Origin: a bacterium
Lineage (GTDB): Bacteria; JACRDZ01; JAQUKH01
Length of the DNA: 33,708 nucleotides
Direction of reading: 5' to 3'
Assembly (NCBI GenBank): GCA_028719205.1
Contig: JAQUKH010000028.1
Location: forward strand, 1 to 33,708
Of this stretch, positions 26,904-33,708 are shown piece after piece (position 1 is the stretch's first letter; every line of letters begins with the position of its first letter). The notes beneath the pieces are model-generated. The model saw only the letters and a list, made by a program, of their open reading frames with translations, made no database searches and was not told where the DNA came from. The translations under genes were made by a program, and so were the position numbers.

Positions 26904-27728
26904 ATGACAGGTAATGTTTCTAAAGGTAAAAATTTTTGTTTTACGGATAATAAAGTAAAACTCGTCAACGGTATGATGGTGAGGGAAGAACCGTTAAGTA
27001 TTATTGTGGACGGTGATCCTTACAGTGTCCTGATGAGGACACCGGGTGATGAAGAAGACCTGGTACTTGGATTTCTCTATAGTGAAGGGGTTATCAGCAG
27101 CCCGGAAGAAATAGATTTTATTCATTATTGTTCGCAGGAAAAAGAAAAAAATTCGGTTGTTGCCGGGTTAAAAAACAGGAAAAATATAAGGCGAAAAAAG
27201 CGGGCTTATGAAGTCCGTTCAAGCTGCGGGATCTGCGGGAAAGAGGTAATTGAAGATTTAAGGAAAAATTTAAAAAATATTTCTTCAGAGGAAATTTTTT
27301 TCTTTAAAAATTTAATTAATCTTGATAAAAAAATAGTTAAGAAGCAAAAGATCTTTAAATTAACAGGCGGGACGCATGCCGCCGCCCTTTTTGACAGAGA
27401 AGGGAAACTCATTTTATTGAGGGAGGATATAGGCAGGCATAACGCGCTGGATAAGGTTATCGGGCATATCCTGAAAAACGGGATCGATTGCCGGGACAAA
27501 ATCATATTTTTAAGCGGCCGGACAAGTTATGAAATGATCCTTAAAGTGATCCGCCTGGGCGCGCCGGTTGTCGCGTCTATTTCAGGAACGACAAGCCTGG
27601 CGGTGGATTTGAGTAAGGAATTTAATTTAACATTAATTGGATTTCTGCGGGGAGAAAAAATGACGGTTTACACTCACCCGTGGAGAATTGGGAGGTTCCA
27701 TGAAAAACAAGAAAAAATCAGAAGGTAA
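26904..27728 (+). CDS. fdhD: Formate dehydrogenase accessory sulfurtransferase
   Basis: EEPL, MRTPG, GFLYSEG, SSCGICG, TGGTHAAA, REDIGRHNALDKVIG, LSGR. Confidence 0.95.
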   Translation: MTGNVSKGKNFCFTDNKVKLVNGMMVREEPLSIIVDGDPYSVLMRTPGDEEDLVLGFLYSEGVISSPEEIDFIHYCSQEKEKNSVVAGLKNRKNIRRKKRAYEVRSSCGICGKEVIEDLRKNLKNISSEEIFFFKNLINLDKKIVKKQKIFKLTGGTHAAALFDREGKLILLREDIGRHNALDKVIGHILKNGIDCRDKIIFLSGRTSYEMILKVIRLGAPVVASISGTTSLAVDLSKEFNLTLIGFLRGEKMTVYTHPWRIGRFHEKQEKIRR

Positions 27729-28218
27729 AATTAAATCAAAAGATAAATGTGGTTGCGCAGTAAGCTGTGAATCAGAAGAAATTATAAAAGGATTTTCGCA
27801 TCAGGGGAAACAATATGTAATTCCTCTTTTGCAAAAAGTGCAGGAGCAGGATGGTTATATAAGCGAAGAGACTATGGATCTTGTTTCGGAAAAACTGGGT
27901 GTTCCTGTAAGCCAGGTATACGCGATCACTACTTTTTATTCTTATTTCCGCCTGCAGCCGATAGGAAAACATTTGGTCCGTCCGTGCAGGGGAACAGCAT
28001 GCCATGTGAAAGGGTCAAAACGGATCATTGAAAAGATAAAAGAACATTTAGACCTGAAGGGAGATATAGATACAACGGCTGATAACCAATTTACAGTCGC
28101 GCCTGTGGCGTGCCTGGGAACCTGCGGATTGGCGCCGGTTATGATGATAGGGAATAATGTTTACGGCAATCTTAATGAAGAAAATGCCGGGAAAATAATA
28201 GACAGGCTGAAAAGTTAG
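27700..28218 (+). CDS. NuoE/HydC-like [2Fe-2S] subunit
   Basis: LQKVQEQDGYIS, TFYSYF, CRGTACHVKG, ACLGTCGLAP; ATG 27700 follows GGAGG. Confidence 0.9.
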   Translation: MKNKKKSEGKIKSKDKCGCAVSCESEEIIKGFSHQGKQYVIPLLQKVQEQDGYISEETMDLVSEKLGVPVSQVYAITTFYSYFRLQPIGKHLVRPCRGTACHVKGSKRIIEKIKEHLDLKGDIDTTADNQFTVAPVACLGTCGLAPVMMIGNNVYGNLNEENAGKIIDRLKS

Positions 28219-28228
28219 GGAGGAAAAA

Positions 28229-30025
28229 ATGATAAAAAAAGGAACGAAAATATATATTGGTATGGCGACCTGTGGTTTAGCCGCCGGCGGACAGGAAGTT
28301 TATGACAGCTTTGTTTCTAAATTAGGTAAAAAAGAAAGTAATGTTCAGTTAATTCCCACGGGATGTATCGGAGTTTGTTCACGTGAGGTGATAGTTGACG
28401 TGGAAGTGCCGGGAATGAACCGTGTTACCTATGAAAAAGTAAAACCTGAGATGGTGGAAAAAATAATTTCGGAGCATCTGGAAAAAGATCAGCCTGTAAA
28501 TGAATGGGTTTTTGGCCAATCAGGTGATAAAAAAGTATATCCCGGGATCGAAATGTATCAGGACCTGCCGATGTTCAAAAATCAGGTAAGGATCGTTTTA
28601 CGGAATTGCGGTTCCATTGATCCGGATAAAATTGAGGATTATATAAATGCCGGCGGATATAAGGCGATCAAGAAAGCGTTAAAAATGGGGCAGTCAGCGG
28701 TGATCGCGGAGATCACAAAAGCAGGGCTTCGGGGAAGAGGCGGAGCGGGTTTTCCGACAGGAAAGAAGTGGGATATCGCGTTACAGCAGAAATCCGGCCA
28801 GAAATATTTTATTTGTAACGCGGATGAAGGTGATCCCGGAGCGTTCATGAACCGGAGCACCCTTGAGGGTGACCCTCACGCGGTAATTGAAGGATTAATC
28901 ATAGGCGGTTACGCTATCGGTGCCAGTAAAGGTTATATCTATTGCCGCGCTGAATATCCGTTAGCGGTGAAAAGGCTGCATCTCGCGCTTGAACAGGCAA
29001 GAGAAAAAGGTTTTCTCGGGAAGAAGATATTAGGAAGTGATTTTGATTTTGACATTACGGTAAAGGAAGGAGCCGGCGCGTTTGTTTGCGGCGAAGAAAC
29101 GGCGCTTATCGCGTCTATCGAAGGCGAAAGAGGAATGCCAAGGCCCCGTCCGCCATATCCGGCGCAATCGGGACTATGGGGAAAACCGACAAATATAAAT
29201 AATGTTGAGACACTCGCGAATATTCCATACATAATTAATGAAGGCGGGGAAAAATTCGCGTCTTTTGGAACAGAAAAAAGCAAGGGAACGAAGGTATTCG
29301 CTATTACCGGAAAAATTAAAAATACGGGTTTAGTTGAAGTCCCGATGGGAATTACAATTAATGATATGATCTATAAAGTTGCCGGCGGGATGGCGACAAA
29401 AAAGAAATTTAAGGCTATTCAGGTTGGAGGGCCTTCAGGCGGTTGCGTGACGGCCGCGCTGGGTGACACGAAAATAGATTATGAATCATTGGTTTCCGTC
29501 GGGGCGATCATGGGGTCCGGCGGAGCGGTTGTTCTTGATGAAGGGAACTGTATGGTTGACACGGCTAGATTTTTCCTGGAGTTTACCAAGAGTGAATCCT
29601 GCGGGAAATGCGCGCCGTGCCGTCTGGGTATCAGCCAGATGCTTTCTATTCTTAATCGTATTTGTGAAGGAAAAGGAAAACCGGAAGATAAAGTCGCTTT
29701 AGTGCAGATCGCGGAAACGGTTAAAGGCGCTTCTTTATGCGGGCTTGGCCAGACTTCGCCGAATCCGGTTATTACGACTTTGCGTTATTTCGAAAAAGAA
29801 TATGATGAACATATCAATGAGAAAAAATGCAAGGCGGGTATCTGCGCGGAGCTTTTAAGGTTTGAAGTCGATGAAACGATCTGTAAAAAATGCGGGATCT
29901 GCGTGAAACAATGTCCGGCTCAGGCCATACAGGGCGGCGCGAAAACGCTCGCGAAAATAGATAAAAGTAAATGCACGAAATGCCGGAAATGCATTGAGGC
30001 CTGCCCGTTCTGCGCGATCTATTAA
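28229..30025 (+). CDS. NuoF/HydB-like FMN/NAD-binding subunit with N-terminal [2Fe-2S] and C-terminal 2x[4Fe-4S] domains
   Basis: TCGLAAG/GCIGVC, GLRGRGGAGFPTG, NADEGDPGAFM, GEETAL, GGPSGG, ESCGKCAPCR, two terminal CxxCxxC motifs. Confidence 0.92.
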   Translation: MIKKGTKIYIGMATCGLAAGGQEVYDSFVSKLGKKESNVQLIPTGCIGVCSREVIVDVEVPGMNRVTYEKVKPEMVEKIISEHLEKDQPVNEWVFGQSGDKKVYPGIEMYQDLPMFKNQVRIVLRNCGSIDPDKIEDYINAGGYKAIKKALKMGQSAVIAEITKAGLRGRGGAGFPTGKKWDIALQQKSGQKYFICNADEGDPGAFMNRSTLEGDPHAVIEGLIIGGYAIGASKGYIYCRAEYPLAVKRLHLALEQAREKGFLGKKILGSDFDFDITVKEGAGAFVCGEETALIASIEGERGMPRPRPPYPAQSGLWGKPTNINNVETLANIPYIINEGGEKFASFGTEKSKGTKVFAITGKIKNTGLVEVPMGITINDMIYKVAGGMATKKKFKAIQVGGPSGGCVTAALGDTKIDYESLVSVGAIMGSGGAVVLDEGNCMVDTARFFLEFTKSESCGKCAPCRLGISQMLSILNRICEGKGKPEDKVALVQIAETVKGASLCGLGQTSPNPVITTLRYFEKEYDEHINEKKCKAGICAELLRFEVDETICKKCGICVKQCPAQAIQGGAKTLAKIDKSKCTKCRKCIEACPFCAIY

Positions 30026-30047
30026 TATTTTTATCTTTTAATAATAC

Positions 30048-30082
30048 AGGGAGAATGATAAACTTATCATTCTCCCTTTTTG
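30048..30082 (+). terminator. Intrinsic terminator of the fdh operon
   Basis: AGGGAGAATGATA-AACT-TATCATTCTCCCT followed by TTTT. Confidence 0.85.
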
Positions 30083-30097
30083 ATTTTAAAATCTCTA

Positions 30098-30178
30098 AAC
30101 CCCCTTTTATTCCCCCTTATCAGGGGGATAAAAAATTTTTTTTGTTTCTCCCCTGATAAGGGGAGATCAAGAAGGGTT
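30098..30178. repeat. Second-family palindromic extragenic element
   Basis: AACCCCCTTTTATTCCCCCTTATCAGGGGGA...TCTCCCCTGATAAGGGGAGATCAAGAAGGGTT: two internal hairpins in inverted arrangement. Confidence 0.7.
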
Positions 30179-30215
30179 AGGAGTGTTAGAATTTTGCCAA
30201 AGTCGAGTTGCTAAA

Positions 30216-30770
30216 ATGAACATATTTACAATCATAATTATAGGTATCGCCTTATCGATGGATGTGTTTGCCATTTCCGTAACAAGCGGAGCCGCGATAA
30301 AGGACCTGAAGATAAATCACGTTTTGAAAATAGCGTTTTTTTTCGGTTTGATCCAGTCCGGCATGTTTCTCATCGGGGATCTTTTAGGTTTCAGTATGCG
30401 GGACCTTATTTCAGGTATAGACCATTGGATCTCGTTTTCGCTTTTGAGTTTGATCGGCGGTAAAATGATCTATGAATCATTTCAAATAGGGGATGATGTA
30501 AAAAGAGACCCGCATGACACCTTTGTCCTTATCGCCCTTGCGGTCGCCACCAGTATTGACGCCTTCGCGGTAGGATTAAGTTTCGCGTTATTAAAAGTCC
30601 CGGTTTTTTTGCCCGCGTTAATTATCGGTGTTGTCACCTTTGTGATATCTTCCATCGGTGTTCTTATCGGGGAAAAGATCGGCCATTTCTTTGAAAATAA
30701 GATCGAGATCGCCGGCGGTTTGATCTTAATAGCGATCGGGGTGAAGATCTTATTTGAACATATTATGTAA
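30216..30770 (+). CDS. mntP: Manganese efflux pump MntP family
   Basis: SMDVFAIS and TSIDAFAVG repeats, IDHWI, GGKMI, EIAGGLILIAIG; multiple TM helices. Confidence 0.9.
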   Translation: MNIFTIIIIGIALSMDVFAISVTSGAAIKDLKINHVLKIAFFFGLIQSGMFLIGDLLGFSMRDLISGIDHWISFSLLSLIGGKMIYESFQIGDDVKRDPHDTFVLIALAVATSIDAFAVGLSFALLKVPVFLPALIIGVVTFVISSIGVLIGEKIGHFFENKIEIAGGLILIAIGVKILFEHIM

Positions 30771-31037
30771 GGCTGATTTTTCTCATCTTCGAAATATTCC
30801 TTTCACTTCTTTTTTTAAAATGGCTTAATTTTGAATTTAAATATTGCCAGGTATACTGATCAAGGTATATTAAATGGAAACTGGATAACATGACAAATGG
30901 GATATTACCCAACTCGGTAAGTATAATAAAATCAAGTAGTTAGGTCATTTTTTATTTCTATTTTAATTGACCATTTTAAAACTCTTTGATATTATCCAAG
31001 AAACTATATAATAATATGTTATAACTAAGGATAATTA

Positions 31038-31709
31038 ATGAATAGTGCAATATTCTGTATAACTTTTATTTGTCTTTTTAATCCAATATCTATTTTATCA
31101 AGTGAGCTTAATGATAAAAATAAATATTCAGAAGAGGCGCAAATCTATTCTACATTTCTGGATTTCTATTATGATTCAGGTATGTATTATGATCCAAAAT
31201 TAATAATAAAATCTATTGCTGTAAATGATTCAACGTCAATTAAGAGTCTTGGGTGGAGTGAAAAAGATAAATCAAGGTTTTATGAATTACTTATCAGAAT
31301 AGCTTTTAAGAATAATAATCCAGATATTGATACAATAGATAATTTTTGGGAAACAAATAGAAATAATGTAAAGATCATTAAAGAGATTCCTTCTAAATTC
31401 AATTTAATTTATCTTTCAGAAGCAGATCAGAAAGAATGGTACATAAAATATCCTGAAGCAGTGGGAATTATATCGTTTTCACAAGTTGGCTTTAATAAAG
31501 GCAGATCTCAAGCATTTTTATATTTTGTAAATGATATAAACTGGGGTGCAGGATATATTGCTTTACTAAATAAAAAGGACAATGTTTGGAAACCGGGTGC
31601 TGAGAACCTTATAGAATTGCTTGCCGGTAAAATAGACTCTGTGATCATAGATCGCATGAATTATGGGGGGTGCCGGAAAAATATACAAGGACCACGGGTG
31701 GAGCGATAA
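31038..31709 (+). CDS. Hypothetical exported protein, probably chimeric at its 3' end
   Basis: AAGGA RBS, signal-peptide-like N-terminus, very AT-rich until ~31590, then a compositional shift. Confidence 0.55.
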   Translation: MNSAIFCITFICLFNPISILSSELNDKNKYSEEAQIYSTFLDFYYDSGMYYDPKLIIKSIAVNDSTSIKSLGWSEKDKSRFYELLIRIAFKNNNPDIDTIDNFWETNRNNVKIIKEIPSKFNLIYLSEADQKEWYIKYPEAVGIISFSQVGFNKGRSQAFLYFVNDINWGAGYIALLNKKDNVWKPGAENLIELLAGKIDSVIIDRMNYGGCRKNIQGPRVER

Positions 31710-31800
31710 ACTTTCAGATAAATATTTTATTGAAGCCGGGAAAAAGATTTCAATCGATTGTAAAAAAAATGGCATTAAATGCAGATCAGTCTTTTCTTGA
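31594..31800 (+). pseudogene. Possible frameshifted C-terminal remnant of an SPL-like radical SAM protein
   Basis: PGAENLIELLAGKIDSVIIDRMNY, then removing one G from the G6 run gives GGAGKIYKDHGWSDKLSDKYFIEAGKKISIDCKKNGIKCRSVFS* (TGA 31798-31800); family recalled from memory. Confidence 0.45.
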
Positions 31801-31883
31801 CAAAACACACAATTTAATCAATAATAAAATTAATATATCTGGATCGTGTGTGAGTGGGAGGGATAAAATGAAGGAGGCAGATT

Positions 31884-33059
31884 ATGAACATAAGAAAGAT
31901 CAAAGAAAACATTTTCTGGGTGGGGGCGGTTGACTGGAACAGGCGGTTATTCGATTCGTTGATCCCTCTTCCCGACGGGACAAGTTATAATGCTTATTTG
32001 ATCACAGGAAGCGAGAAAACAGCCTTGATCGATACTGTTGATCCATCAATGGCCGATAGATTATTTACTCATTTGGGCGGAGTAAAAAATATTGATTATG
32101 TTATAAGCCATCATTCCGAGCAAGACCATTCAGGATCAATTCCTCTGGTTCTTGATAAATATCCCAATGCGAAAGTTGTGGCATCCCCTAAAGGCAAAGA
32201 ATTTCTCATCAATCATCTGCATATCTCTGAACACAGGTTCCTGGTTGTGGAAGATGGACATACTTTATCACTAGGCGATAAAACATTAAAATTTATTCAT
32301 ACGCCATGGGTTCACTGGCCGGAGACGATGGTTACTTATTTAAAGCAGGACAGGATCCTTTTTTCGTGTGATTTTTTTGGGTCGCATATCGCGGCAAGTG
32401 ACCTGTATGTCACTGATGAATCCCGTGTTTATGAAGCGGCAAAGCGTTATTTTGCGGAAATAATGATGCCGTTTAGAAGCATTATTCGTAAAAATATTGA
32501 AAAAATTAAGGCTTATGAAATTGACATGATCGCGCCGAGTCACGGACAGGTCTATGACCAGCCTGAATTTATTATTAAGGCTTATGAAGATTGGACTTCT
32601 GACCAGCCGAAGAACCTTGTTGTTATTCCTTATATTTCCATGCACGGAAGCACGGCGAAGATGGTTAATTACATGGTTGAAAAATTAAGCGCGTCAGGAA
32701 TTACAGCCCAGCCGTTTGATCTCGCGGTAACAGATATAGGAAAATTGGCTATTGAGCTTGTTGATGCCGCAACTATCATAATAGGTACTCCGACGGTTCA
32801 TGTCGGCCCGCATCCGAATGTTGTTTACGCGGCGTGTTTGGCAAATGCCTTGCGTCCAAAGGCAAAATTTGCTACTATCATCGGGTCTTATGGATGGGGA
32901 ACAAAGGCGGTTGAACAAATTGCCGCGATGATCCCGAATTTAAAGGTGGAGATACTGCCTCCGGTTATTTGTAAAGGATTACCTCTGCCGGGAGATTATC
33001 AGGCATTAGATCAATTGGCGGATGCGATCGTGAAAAAGCATAAAGAAATTGGGTTGTAG
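31884..33059 (+). CDS. fprA: Flavodiiron protein (FprA family, class A)
   Basis: GTSYNAYLI, HHSEQDHSG, VHWPET, SCDFFG, APSHG, flavodoxin domain SMHGST and GSYGWG. Confidence 0.93.
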   Translation: MNIRKIKENIFWVGAVDWNRRLFDSLIPLPDGTSYNAYLITGSEKTALIDTVDPSMADRLFTHLGGVKNIDYVISHHSEQDHSGSIPLVLDKYPNAKVVASPKGKEFLINHLHISEHRFLVVEDGHTLSLGDKTLKFIHTPWVHWPETMVTYLKQDRILFSCDFFGSHIAASDLYVTDESRVYEAAKRYFAEIMMPFRSIIRKNIEKIKAYEIDMIAPSHGQVYDQPEFIIKAYEDWTSDQPKNLVVIPYISMHGSTAKMVNYMVEKLSASGITAQPFDLAVTDIGKLAIELVDAATIIIGTPTVHVGPHPNVVYAACLANALRPKAKFATIIGSYGWGTKAVEQIAAMIPNLKVEILPPVICKGLPLPGDYQALDQLADAIVKKHKEIGL

Positions 33060-33090
33060 TTATATTAAAAAAGAAAGAGAGCGGAAAAAT

Positions 33091-33708
33091 TTGGAAAAAA
33101 AACAGGCATTTAAAATTGTGTATGAGGATGACTCTTTAGTAGTAGTTGATAAATCAGCAGGTTTGCTTGTTGTCCCGACGCCAAAGGATGAAAAACATAC
33201 CCTGGATAATTTAGTCAATCAGGCATTAAAGACAAAAGGCACGGGTCCGAACGCGTATCCCGCGCACCGGCTTGACAGGGATACCTCAGGACTTGTTATA
33301 TTCGCCAAAGGCAAGGCCGCGCTCGCGAATCTGGTGGACCAGTTCAAAAAACATATTGTTCATAAAACTTATCTTGCGATAGTTCAAGGGCGCGTTAAAA
33401 ATACTAAGGGCGAGATAAATATACTTCTCGCGACCGACAGAAAAACCTACGCGGTGTATCCGACCCAGGATAAAAAAATAGGCCAGCCCGCGCTGACCCG
33501 CTTCAGGGTTTTAAGTTATTTAAGAGGCGCGACATTGCTTGAGGTTGAGCCAAAGACAGGCCGGACCAACCAGATAAGGGTCCACCTGGCGTTTATCGGC
33601 CACCCGCTTGTCGGAGAACGCAAATACGCTATCGCCAAAGATTTTTCCGTGAAATTCAGAAGGACCGCTTTGCACGCCGAAACAATATCCTTTCGTCACC
33701 CGGTAACA
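33091..33708 (+). CDS. RluA-family pseudouridine synthase (partial, runs off the window)
   Basis: From TTG 33091: IVYEDDSLVVVDKSAGL, HRLDRDTSG, KTYLA, TGRTNQIRVH, GHPLVGE, ALHA; absent from the ORF track because there is no stop. Confidence 0.92.
   Translation, partial: MEKKQAFKIVYEDDSLVVVDKSAGLLVVPTPKDEKHTLDNLVNQALKTKGTGPNAYPAHRLDRDTSGLVIFAKGKAALANLVDQFKKHIVHKTYLAIVQGRVKNTKGEINILLATDRKTYAVYPTQDKKIGQPALTRFRVLSYLRGATLLEVEPKTGRTNQIRVHLAFIGHPLVGERKYAIAKDFSVKFRRTALHAETISFRHPVT

Noticed and set aside
30140-30215. yybP-ykoY Mn riboswitch upstream of mntP
   Set aside because: The AAGGGGAG is part of the palindromic repeat, and the GGGGAGUAG...GAGACC pattern is absent
31670-31933. 87-aa ORF
   Set aside because: No RBS or recognisable motif; it overlaps fprA and the probable pseudogene frame
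914-32918. Other short nested or antisense ORFs in the track
   Set aside because: They lie within confidently assigned genes and show no independent motifs
1-33708. CRISPR arrays, tRNA/rRNA genes, transposases, integrases, prophage genes
   Set aside because: No regularly spaced repeats, cloverleafs or recombinase/phage motifs were seen by eye

Overview
This is an AT-rich bacterial chromosomal segment. The organism is probably anaerobic and diderm, because the window encodes outer-membrane beta-barrel proteins, a flavodiiron protein and a cytoplasmic Fe-S/flavin formate dehydrogenase. Gene order: end of pstA; pstB carrying a C-terminal TusA-like domain without the catalytic Cys; a minus-strand 4-gene operon (B12-radical SAM enzyme, YaiO-like OM barrel, processive GT2, SAM methyltransferase); glgB; a 3-gene atypical chaperone-usher-like pilus locus; malQ, galT-like, glgA, radical SAM; an IscS-like/DsrE2/TusA sulfur relay; an XRE-HTH/CBM48 fusion regulator with GT4 and DUF4912; pcm; a ZTP-riboswitch-controlled fdhA-fmdE-fdhD-nuoE-like-nuoF-like operon; mntP; a chimeric hypothetical ORF; fprA; and a partial RluA-family gene. 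Most notable: (1) the putative polysaccharide operon and the pilus operon share a similar promoter and a tandem-repeat plus terminator leader that looks like an uncharacterised ANTAR-like antitermination element; (2) a ZMP/ZTP riboswitch sits upstream of a bifurcating-type formate dehydrogenase; (3) a transcription factor is fused to a glycogen-binding module; (4) an IscS homolog lacks the PLP lysine. All calls come from reading motifs by eye; no database searches were run.
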